64,000 nt of DNA from Bacillota bacterium (GCA_012516125.1 JAAYXB010000027.1:102093-166092); one strand, 5' to 3'. Counted from the stretch's first letter, positions 51,407 through 61,494 are shown. The notes: generated from the sequence alone by a model not told the origin. Made by a program: numbers and translations.

Positions 51407-52298
51407 AGCTGTGGTACATTCGCCGACGATAGCTCTTATTCTGGCGCTTGCGATTCTCTCTACCGCAATACAGGGACAGGCGCGCGCATCGTCTCACGAA
51501 GGCTGGTTCGTACGTGGCGGGACGGTTGATGTGCGAGCCGAGCCTGCGGACGGCGCAGAGCGCGTCACCCAAGCTCACCTCGGCACAGAAGTCGTGGTCA
51601 TCGGTGAGGCGGACGATTGGGCGAAGGTGCGCATCCCAGTGCAGGGGAACTACCCTGGCTGGATAAGGAAGTCCGCTATCGTGCCGGCACGGGAAGCCGG
51701 AGCCTTCGCGAGCGCGAAGCAACTCGCAGTGGTGCGGGTCGCAAGAGCCCCCGTGTTTCGCAGCGAGCAGGGCGGCGAACCGGTGGTGGCCCAGGTTACT
51801 CTCGGCGCGCGCCTTGCCGTTCTCGGAAGGCGCGGCAGGCTTGTGCGGGTGGCCTTCCCCGGCGGCGAGTCCGGGTACATCGCCGAGGATGCTGTGGCCC
51901 TCTATGACAGGGACGGCACACCGCCGCGCCGGGGGGCGGACGACATCATCAAGACGGCAACGCAGCTTCTGGGGGTGCCATACCTCTGGGGCGGCATGAG
52001 CACTGACGGTGTGGACTGCTCCGGCTTCGTGTACACGGTGTTCTACGCCAACGGCATCGTGCTTCCGCGCGACGCTCACGAACAGTACACGGTCGGAACG
52101 CCTGTAGGTCGTGGGGACCTTCGCCCGGGCGACCTGGTGTTCTACTCCACATACGCTGCCGGAGCATCCCACGTGGGCATCTACATGGGCGAGCACAGGG
52201 TGATCCAGTCGGGGTCCAGGACACGCGGCGTCGCTGTCATCGATCTCGACGACCCACACTACGGCCCGAAGTACATCGGTGCGCGCCGGGTGCTGTAA
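51407..52298 (+). CDS. NlpC/P60 (C40) cell-wall peptidase with two SH3b-like domains
   Basis: Catalytic Cys (GVDCSGFVYTVFYANG) and His (SHVGIYMGEHRVIQS). Two SH3b-like repeats (WAKVRIPVQGNYPGWIRKSAI; VRVAFPGGESGYIAEDAV). GTG start at 51407 with GGAAGGAGGA 7 nt upstream; signal peptide. Confidence 0.75.
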
Positions 52299-52314
52299 CT
52301 CGCCGTGGAAACAC

Positions 52315-52514
52315 CTAAGTGAGGGTGCGTCAGGCCTTGTCCCTTTTCCAGTAGTTGCCGGGTTGCCGGTGTTGTACTCGGGCACGGCGCCCCAAGCGGG
52401 GCGCGCTTCGCCAAACTCCGGCCCGTCTGGCCAGCGGCCGGATCTTGACACCTCTTGTGCAATCGCCGGCAACCCCTCCCAAAAAACCGGAACCATTCTT
52501 GCACCCTCACTTAG
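52315..52514 (-). repeat. MITE-like structured repeat, copy D (long form, inverted orientation)
   Basis: Perfect 14-bp TIRs CTAAGTGAGGGTGC / GCACCCTCACTTAG. Its reverse complement aligns to copy B at about 85-90% identity. Sits between the convergent NlpC/P60 gene (stop 52298) and dgkA, whose stop (52511-52513) lies inside the TIR. Confidence 0.8.
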
Positions 52515-52894
52515 AGGAGGCGGAGGAGGGCGCGGGCCACGGGGACAAGTTTCGGCCCGAGGACCGCGGCACCCACGACGGTCGCCCACGCGGCGCTTAC
52601 AAGCACAGTTCCCGCGGCTATGTCCTTCACGGTCTTGACCCGAATTTCCCAGGTAGGGCAGGCTATATCACAGATGAGTTCGAGGGCGGTGTTGGCAAGC
52701 TCGCAGATGAGGACGAGGGCGATGGCAAGGGCGAGGCACGCAAGCTCGACCATCGATACCCCGAGGGCGCCCGCGGCCGCCAGCACAGAGGCGGCCGCGA
52801 TGAAATGAATGCGCATGTTGCGCTCGGTGGAGAGCACAGCCTTCACGCCCTGCACAGCGCAGCGAAAGCTCTCTCCGAGCGACCTGGTCTTCAC
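52511..52894 (-). CDS. dgkA: diacylglycerol/undecaprenol kinase
   Basis: DgkA three-TM fold (ESFRCAVQGVKAVLSTERNMRIHF..ELANTALELICD). Stop codon inside the TIR of repeat copy D. Confidence 0.8.
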   Translation of the reverse strand: MKTRSLGESFRCAVQGVKAVLSTERNMRIHFIAAASVLAAAGALGVSMVELACLALAIALVLICELANTALELICDIACPTWEIRVKTVKDIAAGTVLVSAAWATVVGAAVLGPKLVPVARALLRLL

Positions 52895-53400
52895 CGGCCG
52901 TCACTCCCCTCGTGACAGGCGGGAGCCCCACCCGTGGCGGCAGGCGGGGCGACCTCCGCAAGGATCTCCTTCTCGTGCGCCTCCATCTCCTCGGCATCCT
53001 CGCAAGTCTCGTGATCGTACCCGAGGAGATGCAGAAGGCCGTGGATGGCGAGGAGCACCACATGGCGGGTAAGGCCTCCTGTCTCCGACGCCTCGCGAGC
53101 GGCCGTCTCGAGCGAGATGACTATGTCGCCAAGGATGGCTGGCTCCTCCGGCACATCCTGATCATCCATTCCGAAGGACAGCACGTCAGTGGGTGCGTCC
53201 TTCCTGCGGAACTTCTTGTTCAGCTCGTGAATTCGCTCGTCATCCACAAGGGCTATGCTCACCTCGACCCCCGTGGGGTCCATTCCCTCGCGGGCAAGCC
53301 CGACTGTCACCGCACGATCCAGCGCGGCTGAAAGCTCTCCGGTGATCTCGATCCTGTCCTGGAGGTTCACGATCTCAACAGGCACGCACGACCCCTCCAT
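52891..53400 (-). CDS. ybeY: rRNA maturation endoribonuclease YbeY
   Basis: HGLLHLLGYDHE zinc-binding motif. Acidic C-terminal tail of about 30 aa. Confidence 0.85.
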   Translation of the reverse strand: MEGSCVPVEIVNLQDRIEITGELSAALDRAVTVGLAREGMDPTGVEVSIALVDDERIHELNKKFRRKDAPTDVLSFGMDDQDVPEEPAILGDIVISLETAAREASETGGLTRHVVLLAIHGLLHLLGYDHETCEDAEEMEAHEKEILAEVAPPAATGGAPACHEGSDGR

Positions 53401-53417
53401 GCAGACGAGCGCAAGGC

Positions 53418-55610
53418 CTATGCCCGCTTCGCCTCGAGGTCTTTGAGGCTAATGTCGGGATACTCGATCCTGGCGTGGAATATCCCCGTGAGCACCCGCA
53501 CGAAAGCCCGAGCGACCCCGTCGAGGTCCTTGAGCGTCAGGTCGCACTCGTCGAATTGTCCGTCAGCTAGCCTTTCCTTTATTATCTTTCGCACGAGCCC
53601 CTCGATTCGGCCGGGCGTGGGCCTGGCCAGCGACCGCACCGCCGCCTCCACCGAGTCGGCCAGCATGACTATGGCGGCCTCCTTGGTTTGGGGCTTGGGA
53701 CCGGGATAACGGAAGTCCTCCTCATCCACGGTTTCCTCGCGACCTCCGTCTGTGGCTTTGTGGTAGAAGTACGGCACGAGACTCGTCCCATGGTGCTCCC
53801 GGATGATGTCGATGATGGCCTCCGGGAGCCTGTGGCGAATCCCCAGCTCGACTCCGTCCTTCACGTGGGATGTTATGACGAGGGTGCTCAGAGTGGGAGC
53901 TATCTTGTCATGGGGATTATCCTGCATGAGCTGGTTCTCCACAAAGAAGTAGGGGCGTTTCATTTTGCCCACGTCGTGGTAGTATGAGCCCACCCGCACA
54001 AGGAGCGAGTCGGCCCCCACCGCCTCTGCGGCGGCTTCGGCCAGGTTCCCCACGATTATGCTGTGATGGTACGTCCCTGGCGCCTCCACCAGTAACCTCC
54101 TGAGGAGTGGCTGGGTCGGGTTAGAAAGCTCCAGCAGCTTGATGGAGGACGTTATGCGGAACAGATTCTCGAAGAACGGCAGAAACCCGATTGTCACCAC
54201 CGTGGACAGGACGCCGTTTATGAGGCCCAGGTACCAGAACCGCGAAATGGACGGATCTCCCACCGGTGGCCCGATGGCCGCTATAACGAGAGCCCCCGCG
54301 GCACCCACCACAGCGCCTGCCCGCATGAGGTCAGAGCGCTCCGATATCCTGGTAACGCAGAAGGTGCCCGCAAGCCCTGAGACGGTAGCTGCCGTGGCCA
54401 CAGGGAAGGATCCCCCGCCGATCACACCTGTGAGGGCGCCGAACACGATCGCGGAGAGAGCTGACAGCCTCGCGTCCACGAGCACGGCTATGAGCATGGT
54501 CCCGAGGCTCACCGGCACCAGAAAGCCCGCGCCGGGCCATGGGATGGAGCATATCACGGCGGCGGCAACCGCGATCATCACGATGACCGTGCCAAGGAGC
54601 AGCAGGAGTTTCGCGCTGAAAAAGACGTCGCGCCGATGAAGATACAGGTACACCCCGATTACGGCGACCAGCACCACAACAAGGATGAAGATACTGCCAA
54701 GCATGAAGGGGTTGAACCTCGGTGCGAGGAGCCCCAGGTCCTGCAAGATGGCGATGTGGTCTTCAGTGGCGATCTCGCCGCGCCTGATGACCACCTGGCC
54801 TTTAAGGATCATCACCGGCTTGACCTGGCGGATGGCGGCCTCGCGCGCCTTCTCTACCTTTCCGGGGTTAAGGACCAGGTTCGGGCTTATCTGGCTTGCA
54901 ACGACCTCGGTGACTGCCTTCTGGGTCGCGTCGGGCAAGCCAAGGGACCCGACGGCGTCGGCGGCCCGCTTCGTTGCGGCGTCAAGCGTCTCCTTGCTGA
55001 CCCGCATCTCTCTCATGATCCGTCCGACCACCGACTTGGCTCCCGCCCTCGCCGTCTCGAACTCCTCCTGGGAGAGGACCATAAGGGCAGCAAGGGTCTC
55101 GCGGGAGAGCCTCGTGCCGAAGTCCCTGGCGGCCCTGGCGGACAACCGGGAAACGGCGTTCTCGATGCCAGCGCCGTGCCAGGCAGGTTCGCCTCCCTGA
55201 TTGTTTACGCCCTGTTGCACCGCGCCCAGCTTCCGGCGCTCATCGGCAATGGCACTGAATATGAGATCTATGGTGTCCTCGGCGCTGATGCTCGCAGCAA
55301 GGCTGATGTCGTAGTTCGCCGGCGACGCGTTGGCCTCCTTTATGGCTTCCCTCGCCGCCTCCTCGCGTAGCCGCTCGGTGGCAGGGCGGTTGATGATGTC
55401 ACGGGACGCCTCCACGTCAACCTTGCTCGGCTGGCCGACCTCCAGGTCTACGCGCCTCGGGACGAGGATCGCCGAGAGGATCAGGACCAGCGCGATGGTG
55501 ACACCTGCCGCCACCAGGGCGCGGTGAAGCACAGGATCGGACCAGAGGCCGTTCCTCTTCTCGGGCGCCGGTGCGAGGTTTGCGGTAGGCTTTCCCGTCG
55601 GAACAGGCAC
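53418..55610 (-). CDS. pgpH: 7TM-HD (HDIG) membrane phosphohydrolase PgpH/YqfF
   Basis: Extracellular 7TM-receptor N-domain, seven TM helices and a cytoplasmic HD domain (HHSIIVGNLAEAAAEAVGAD...YYHDVGKMKRP). Position phoH-yqfF-ybeY as in Bacillus. Confidence 0.85.
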   Translation of the reverse strand: MPVPTGKPTANLAPAPEKRNGLWSDPVLHRALVAAGVTIALVLILSAILVPRRVDLEVGQPSKVDVEASRDIINRPATERLREEAAREAIKEANASPANYDISLAASISAEDTIDLIFSAIADERRKLGAVQQGVNNQGGEPAWHGAGIENAVSRLSARAARDFGTRLSRETLAALMVLSQEEFETARAGAKSVVGRIMREMRVSKETLDAATKRAADAVGSLGLPDATQKAVTEVVASQISPNLVLNPGKVEKAREAAIRQVKPVMILKGQVVIRRGEIATEDHIAILQDLGLLAPRFNPFMLGSIFILVVVLVAVIGVYLYLHRRDVFFSAKLLLLLGTVIVMIAVAAAVICSIPWPGAGFLVPVSLGTMLIAVLVDARLSALSAIVFGALTGVIGGGSFPVATAATVSGLAGTFCVTRISERSDLMRAGAVVGAAGALVIAAIGPPVGDPSISRFWYLGLINGVLSTVVTIGFLPFFENLFRITSSIKLLELSNPTQPLLRRLLVEAPGTYHHSIIVGNLAEAAAEAVGADSLLVRVGSYYHDVGKMKRPYFFVENQLMQDNPHDKIAPTLSTLVITSHVKDGVELGIRHRLPEAIIDIIREHHGTSLVPYFYHKATDGGREETVDEEDFRYPGPKPQTKEAAIVMLADSVEAAVRSLARPTPGRIEGLVRKIIKERLADGQFDECDLTLKDLDGVARAFVRVLTGIFHARIEYPDISLKDLEAKRA

Positions 55611-55621
55611 GCGTCTCCCCC

Positions 55622-56599
55622 CTATGCCTCTCCCTTCTCGTGTTCGTACCTTTCGTAAGCCCTTATGACTTTCTGGACGAGCTCGTTGCGCACCACGTCC
55701 CTGTCGGTGAGGTACACGAATTCGACCCCTTCGACGCCCCGCAGGATATGCTGGACCTCCTCGAGACCCGACAACTTCCGGCTCGGAAGGTCAATCTGGG
55801 TGAGGTCCCCTGTCACGACCACTCTCGAGCCGAACCCCATCCTCGTCAGGAACATCTTCATCTGCTCATGCGTGGTGTTCTGCGCCTCGTCCAGGATGAT
55901 GAAGGAGTCATCAAGAGTCCGCCCACGCATGTACGCAAGAGGCGCGATCTCGATGATGCCTCTCTCCATGTGCTTTCTGAACGTGTCAACGCCGACTATG
56001 TCGTATATGGCGTCATAGAGAGGCCTCAGGTACGGGTCAACCTTCTCCTGAAGATCGCCCGGCAAAAAGCCCAGCTTCTCACCGGCCTCAACCACGGGGC
56101 GCGTCAGCACGATCCGCGATATCTCCTTGTTCTTGAGGGCCGCAATGGCCATCGCCATGGCGAGATAAGTCTTGCCCGTGCCGGCGGGGCCGATGGCAAA
56201 GACTATGCCCGACCTCCGCATCGCCTCGATGTACCTCTTCTGGCCCAGGGTCTTGGCGCATATCCGCTTGCCCCTGGTGGTAACCTGGACGACGTCGCTC
56301 ATGACCTCAACGAGGCTTGTCCCACTGCCCTCTCTCACCGTGTCTATAGCATACCTGATGTCGCCCGTTGTGAGCCGATGGCCGGCCCTCACGATCTCCA
56401 GAAGCTCCGTGAGCACCTGGCGAGCCCTCGCCACCTTGACCGGGTCACCATCGATGGCCACATCGTCCCCGCGGGACGATATGGTGACGCCAAGCTCTTT
56501 CTCAACGAGTCGCAGCGTCTCGTCGCGTCTTCCGAAGAGGGCCATGGCCTCATGCACGTCCCTGAGCGGTAGCCTTTCAGGAGCGGTCTGGACGTTCAA
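55622..56599 (-). CDS. phoH: PhoH family ATPase
   Basis: Walker A (VFAIGPAGTGKTYLAMAMA) and PhoH signature (LTRPVVEAGEKLGFLPGDLQEK). Confidence 0.9.
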   Translation of the reverse strand: MNVQTAPERLPLRDVHEAMALFGRRDETLRLVEKELGVTISSRGDDVAIDGDPVKVARARQVLTELLEIVRAGHRLTTGDIRYAIDTVREGSGTSLVEVMSDVVQVTTRGKRICAKTLGQKRYIEAMRRSGIVFAIGPAGTGKTYLAMAMAIAALKNKEISRIVLTRPVVEAGEKLGFLPGDLQEKVDPYLRPLYDAIYDIVGVDTFRKHMERGIIEIAPLAYMRGRTLDDSFIILDEAQNTTHEQMKMFLTRMGFGSRVVVTGDLTQIDLPSRKLSGLEEVQHILRGVEGVEFVYLTDRDVVRNELVQKVIRAYERYEHEKGEA

Positions 56600-57797
56600 T
56601 CTCCCGCTCTTGCCTCCTCTCCCTGGCTATATCCTCTGTAGTCTCTATCGTCATCGTAAGGGTTAGGACTCCGCCTTGAGAGTACCTGACGTCTTCCCTC
56701 TCGTCAAGGACCCTGGCACCTCGTGGCAGCCTCGCCTCGAGGGCCCTTCGCGCCCTCTCGCGCGCCTCGGCCAGCACCTCATCCCTGTCGACGACCTCGG
56801 CCCGGCGGATGACCTCACGATACGTCGTGACATCAAGCCCGATGGAATACCCGGACCAGCCGCCAAGAGGTACCGCGTACGATCTTTCGTCCTCTTCGTA
56901 GTCGGCAAACGGCGGGGCCTTCGGGCCGACTACAAAGGTGAGCCCGCCGACCGCAAAGCGACGCGTCCGGGCCACCCTGCCGGTCTCCGTGACGATCTCC
57001 TTCACAAGTCTGCATTTCTCCGAATGGGTACGCCAGACCCTAGCGAGCACTATTCCGCGGGCGTTCACAACCTCGACCGTCTTCGACTCGCCATCCTGGT
57101 CCTGGGACCAAAGGATGAGCCCTGCGATCAGCACCTGGCCCTTCGTGACCGTGTCGCCCTCGCTCACGAGCGGTTCCCCGGAGAGCACGATGATGTTGGT
57201 GACGAGCGCGTTCTCCGCGGCCACCACATCCACCACACCAGGACTCATATCAGGCAGGGTCTTCTCTACAACCTCGATATTCACCATCGTTCCCCTGACG
57301 TGGACGGCCGCCCACGCAAGGTCGGGGAACTCCGCCAGGATGCTCCTGGCGACTTTTCCGGGATCGATGGACCTTTTCAGCACACCCGGGCGAAGCCCGT
57401 GCCTCGCCGCCAGCTCGAGGACGGCCTCGGGCTTCGTCCTTTCGACACCTGAGACGTCCACGAACCAGACGAACGACGAGAGCACATACAGAGCAACAGA
57501 AAAGAGGATTGCGCCGGCGACGAGGCCCTTTCGCCTGGCGAGCCTCCGCACGAGGAACGGCACGCCCACTTTCTCCTCGATTCGCCCCCGGCAATCCGTC
57601 TCCCTCAGTATCCGCCCAAGAGAGGGAAGATCGTGAAGATAGGCCCTTGCGACGAGGGAGCGGTCGTCGACCCTGGATATGTCCCAGAGGTCTATCCCGC
57701 GCGCCAGGGCCGTGTTCACGAACTTCTCAAGGGTCCTTCCCTTGACTGCTATTATAACATACCCCTTGAAGTAAGACCACAGGTCCGCGAGAGCCAC
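56577..57797 (-). CDS. yqfD: sporulation protein YqfD
   Basis: About 400-aa YqfD pattern: N-terminal soluble domain, TM, C-terminal domain. Position after yqfC. Confidence 0.8.
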   Translation of the reverse strand: MALADLWSYFKGYVIIAVKGRTLEKFVNTALARGIDLWDISRVDDRSLVARAYLHDLPSLGRILRETDCRGRIEEKVGVPFLVRRLARRKGLVAGAILFSVALYVLSSFVWFVDVSGVERTKPEAVLELAARHGLRPGVLKRSIDPGKVARSILAEFPDLAWAAVHVRGTMVNIEVVEKTLPDMSPGVVDVVAAENALVTNIIVLSGEPLVSEGDTVTKGQVLIAGLILWSQDQDGESKTVEVVNARGIVLARVWRTHSEKCRLVKEIVTETGRVARTRRFAVGGLTFVVGPKAPPFADYEEDERSYAVPLGGWSGYSIGLDVTTYREVIRRAEVVDRDEVLAEARERARRALEARLPRGARVLDEREDVRYSQGGVLTLTMTIETTEDIARERRQEREIERPDRS

Positions 57798-57827
57798 GGA
57801 CCACCCCTCCCAGTGGCGGGGTAAGCC

Positions 57828-58121
57828 TTATTCCCCCAGCGCGATGCGGTGTATACGCCCATCGATGGCTATCTCGCTCTTCGTGATCCTGCCGATGGAT
57901 AGGCCCCTGCCTTCCACCGCGACCTCGCCTCTTGAAGTCGCCACCCTGACCCGCTGCCGCGTGTATTCGACAATGCCCTGGTGATTCTCCACGGTCAGCT
58001 GCACGTTCCCCACGAGGACGATCCTCGGCATGTCGAGGAGGACGTTCTTCGGAATCTCAAAGAGGTCAGCAAGCTTCTCTTCTACGCGGCCCGTTATGCC
58101 GTCCTTGCCACCCACCTGCAT
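57828..58121 (-). CDS. yqfC: sporulation protein YqfC (YabP/YqfC family)
   Basis: 97-aa YabP-family beta protein (IVLVGNVQLTVENHQGIVEYTRQRVRVATSRGEVAVEGRGLSIGRI). Confidence 0.75.
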   Translation of the reverse strand: MQVGGKDGITGRVEEKLADLFEIPKNVLLDMPRIVLVGNVQLTVENHQGIVEYTRQRVRVATSRGEVAVEGRGLSIGRITKSEIAIDGRIHRIALGE

Positions 58122-58333
58122 CGTGCCTCCCGTCCCTTTCGGGCCAGGCCACCCTCCGCGCCACCGGACCCTTTCACAGAGCGCCTGACCGGGGAGGCGG
58201 CCGTGGTTACACCGTCAGCACTATTTAAGTGTATTCCTGCAGGCAGGGCAACTTGCCCCTAGATCCTGCCACCAGACGATGGCGCCCGGCTGCAGCCGGA
58301 GGCTTCAGCCGGGCGTTCGCATTTTGGAGTCCT

Positions 58334-58457
58334 CTTCGTGAGGGCGCAAAGATGCTCGCGACTTTGGGAGGGGTTGCCGGTGACTCAAAGAGAGAGTGCA
58401 ACACCGGCAACCCAGCAACTACTGGAAAACGGACAAGAACCGGCGTACCTTAACTTA
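58334..58457 (+). repeat. MITE-like repeat, copy E (short variant)
   Basis: CTTCGTGAGGGCGCA...GACTTTGGGAGGGGTTGCCGGTGACTCAAAGAGAGAGTGCAACACCGGCAACCCAGCAACTACTGGAAAACGGACAAG...CCTTAACTTAC. The long middle hairpin is replaced by a short ACTC...GAGT stem. The end supplies the stop of the hypothetical gene 58455-59066. Confidence 0.65.
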
Positions 58458-59066
58458 CAGCCGGATTCTGCGTCTGAGGGCACGGGGAGGGCCCAGCACC
58501 TCAGCCAGCACCACCGCACGCATGAGCTCCTCAGGCCCGAGTTCGCCGATGATGTCCGTGGCGGCCCGCGTGTCAGGCAGGTCGTACCGCCCCCGGCGTT
58601 CCTCGGTCGATGCGCTGACGCGACGCCGTGAAGGCGCGGAGGGGCGGCCCAGTCCCGTGTCCGTTGCCCATTCCCCAGCCTCCGCCCATTCCAGGCTGAG
58701 GCCTTCTTCAGAGAACCACTCCTCGGTCGAGCGCCGACGCCCTCTACGCCCGCGTGTCTCCTCAGGGGGCCGCTGGTACACCGGGTGCGCCGCGGCCGAC
58801 CCCTCGGGAGCCGGAGGTTCCGGACGGCCTTCGAGGGTGCGACCGGGCTGCACCGTCATATCGTCCCGGGCCTCGGACGCCACCGGGCCCTCAGCGGGGC
58901 TCGCCGGCACGCCCGCGCCGGTCCCTGTCCCGGGCGCCTCCGACGGTGGTATCCGGGGCCATGGGGCGCCCGCGCCCCTGGTCCTTCCCTGGCGCCCCTT
59001 TGAGACGGCCGCTATGGCCACGGCAACCATATAGAGCAGAAACAGAAGCCCGAAAATGGCATCCAT
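58455..59066 (-). CDS. hypothetical membrane-anchored, Pro/Arg/Glu-rich disordered protein (yqfB position)
   Basis: ATG immediately after the floA stop (TGATGATCTGATG), suggesting coupling. One N-terminal TM (MDAIFGLLFLLYMVAVAIAAV), then a low-complexity region. No similarity to B. subtilis YqfB that I recognise. Confidence 0.4.
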   Translation of the reverse strand: MDAIFGLLFLLYMVAVAIAAVSKGRQGRTRGAGAPWPRIPPSEAPGTGTGAGVPASPAEGPVASEARDDMTVQPGRTLEGRPEPPAPEGSAAAHPVYQRPPEETRGRRGRRRSTEEWFSEEGLSLEWAEAGEWATDTGLGRPSAPSRRRVSASTEERRGRYDLPDTRAATDIIGELGPEELMRAVVLAEVLGPPRALRRRIRL

Positions 59067-59073
59067 CAGATCA

Positions 59074-60093
59074 TCACTTCTTCTTCTCGTCTTCAGCGGG
59101 CGGCTCATCAACGGGCTCCCGCGGTTCGCTGACACCTGCTATAGACTGTCTCATGCGCGTGTCGGCCAGCACGTTCTGCAACTGGTAGTAGTCGAGGACC
59201 CCAAGCTTGCCCGAGCGGAGCGCCTCCGCAAGCGCCTTCGGGACCTCGGCCTCCGCCTGGACCACCCTCGCGCGCATCTCCTGAACCTGCGCTTTCATTT
59301 CCTGCTCTCGCGCAAGCGCTGCGAACCTCCGCTCGGCAGCCTTCGCCTGTGCGATGTTCTTGTCGGCCTCGGCCTGGTCCATCTGCAGTTGCGCGCCGAT
59401 GTTCCTTCCGACGTCCACATCGGCTATGTCGATGGAAAGTATCTCGAAGGCGGTGCCTGCGTCGAGACCTTTGCTCAGCACGGTGCGGGAGATCTTGTCG
59501 GGGTTCTCCAGCACCTCCTTGTGGCTCTCAGCCGAGCCCACGGTTGTCACCACGCCTTCGCCGACCCTCGCGATGATGGTGGCCTCACCCGCGCCGCCGA
59601 CGAGCCTGTCGATGTTGGCGCGCACCGTCACCCGGGCCTTGGCCTTGAGCTCAATGCCGTCCTTCGCGACCGCAGCCACCACGGGCGTCTCGATCACCTT
59701 CGGGTTCACGCTCATCTGAACGGCCTCCAGAACGTTTCTGCCCGCAAGGTCTATGGCGCACGCCCGCTCGAACGACAGATTGATCTCCGCCCGCTGGGCC
59801 GCGATGAGCGCGTCAACCACACGGTCGACGTTGCCTCCGGCAAGGAAGTGCGCCTCCAGCTTGTCCACGCTCACTTGAAGGCCGGCCTTCACCGCCTTGA
59901 TAAGCGGCAGGATGATCCGCCCCGGTGGAACCCGGCGCAAGCGCATCCCCACTAAGGTGAAGATGCCCACGTGCACCCCGGCTGCCCACGCGGATACCCA
60001 GAGGCCCACCGGCACGAAGTTCAGCAGGATGAGCAGACCGACGATGATAAGGACAGGCAGGATCAAGAACGCGTATACCGCTCCCATTTCCAT
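59074..60093 (-). CDS. floA: flotillin-like protein FloA (SPFH domain)
   Basis: Aligns throughout with B. subtilis FloA/YqfA ([70 protein letters not shown]). ATG 60093 with GGGAGG RBS. Confidence 0.85.
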   Translation of the reverse strand: MEMGAVYAFLILPVLIIVGLLILLNFVPVGLWVSAWAAGVHVGIFTLVGMRLRRVPPGRIILPLIKAVKAGLQVSVDKLEAHFLAGGNVDRVVDALIAAQRAEINLSFERACAIDLAGRNVLEAVQMSVNPKVIETPVVAAVAKDGIELKAKARVTVRANIDRLVGGAGEATIIARVGEGVVTTVGSAESHKEVLENPDKISRTVLSKGLDAGTAFEILSIDIADVDVGRNIGAQLQMDQAEADKNIAQAKAAERRFAALAREQEMKAQVQEMRARVVQAEAEVPKALAEALRSGKLGVLDYYQLQNVLADTRMRQSIAGVSEPREPVDEPPAEDEKKK

Positions 60094-60150
60094 TACCTCC
60101 CGGTTAGGTTTATGGCGATGGTGTGATGGTTCCCTTTCGAGGTTCACATG

Positions 60151-61494
60151 TCAGCCGCGCCGCTCACTTTCCTCCTGGACGCGCACCACGAGGCGCGCCC
60201 CCGCGACGTCCACGACTTCCACGACAGCGTCCTTCGGAATGAAATCCCCCTCTGACACCGCGTCGAGCCTTGCGCCGTCGACTAGTATGGTGCCGCTCGG
60301 TCGCATTACGGTCAGAGTCCTTCCTAGCCGGCCCAGGTAAGCCTGACGCTCGGGCGTCGCGACGTAACCTTCGCGGGCTGCTTCGCTCGTTCTCAGAATG
60401 AGCCGTCCGATGGCGGGCGACCTCCCGAGGTACTTGAACGCCGTTGCAACGATGAACGCCGTGACTACGATGGAGAATGAGATCACGAACGCGGCCTCGC
60501 GCAGATCCCTGAAGCTCAAGACGAGCGAGGCGAATATGGCGACGATCCCGCCGATGCCTGCGACGCCGAATCCGGGTATGAGGAAGGCCTCTACCATGAG
60601 CAGGATGAAGCCCAGGATGAACAGGCCCACGACCTCCCACCCCGCGATGCCCGCGATCATCCTGCCGCCGAAAAAGAGCGCGAGCGCGACTAATCCGGCC
60701 GTGCCAGGCACTCCCCACCCAGGCGAGGTGACCTCGAATAGGAGCCCCAGGAAGCCTATGATGAGAAGTATCGAGCTTACGGTCGGCTCCGTCAGGAAGC
60801 GGGCGACCTTCTCAGCCCAGTTTTGCCGCACCTCCACGAGCTCCGCGTCGGCGAACCCGAACTTGCGTAGCACCTCCCCCCTGGTGCCCGCCACGAGATC
60901 GGCGAGCCCAAGCTCCTTCGCTTTGTGCGCCGTAAGGGTGAGGAGCTTGCCCTGTCCTATGAGACCCTCTATGACTATACCGGCATCGACCATAGCCGCG
61001 GCGACCCTGGGGTCACGTCCTCTGGCCTCGGCAGTCGCCTCGAACTCGCCGCGTAGCGCGGAGACGGCCTTTTCCTCCTTCGGGATGGTCTCGGCCGCCC
61101 CGATGCTTGCGCCGGGAGCCATCGCGATCTTCTCCGCGGCGAGCGTGACCAGCGCCCCCGCCGACCATGCCCTCCCTTTAACGAAAGCCACGGAAGGCAC
61201 CCCAAGGTCGAAAATGAGATCGCGTATCTCGGTGGCGGCATCAACACGGCCTCCGAAGGTATCGACCTCGATCAGGACGCATGCGGCCCGGGCGTCCCGA
61301 GCGGCTTCGAACCCTCTCTTCAGGTACGCCGCAAGGCCCGGCTCGATAGGTCCCTCCACGCTGAGCACGTATACCATCTTGTCTTCCGGAGCCTGCTGCG
61401 AGCATACGCTGCCCGCCGCAAGCGTAAGCGCAAACCCGCCCACTAGCGCCAGGGCGAGAAGAATCACGGCGATTCGCTGGGATGGGCGCCTCAT
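60151..61494 (-). CDS. nfeD: NfeD family membrane-bound ClpP-class serine protease
   Basis: ClpP/crotonase-fold N-domain (YVLSVEGPIEPGLAAYLKRGFE...IEVDTFGGRVDAA), TM helices and a C-terminal OB-fold. Partner of floA. ATG 61494 with GAGGGG RBS. Confidence 0.8.
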   Translation of the reverse strand: MRRPSQRIAVILLALALVGGFALTLAAGSVCSQQAPEDKMVYVLSVEGPIEPGLAAYLKRGFEAARDARAACVLIEVDTFGGRVDAATEIRDLIFDLGVPSVAFVKGRAWSAGALVTLAAEKIAMAPGASIGAAETIPKEEKAVSALRGEFEATAEARGRDPRVAAAMVDAGIVIEGLIGQGKLLTLTAHKAKELGLADLVAGTRGEVLRKFGFADAELVEVRQNWAEKVARFLTEPTVSSILLIIGFLGLLFEVTSPGWGVPGTAGLVALALFFGGRMIAGIAGWEVVGLFILGFILLMVEAFLIPGFGVAGIGGIVAIFASLVLSFRDLREAAFVISFSIVVTAFIVATAFKYLGRSPAIGRLILRTSEAAREGYVATPERQAYLGRLGRTLTVMRPSGTILVDGARLDAVSEGDFIPKDAVVEVVDVAGARLVVRVQEESERRG

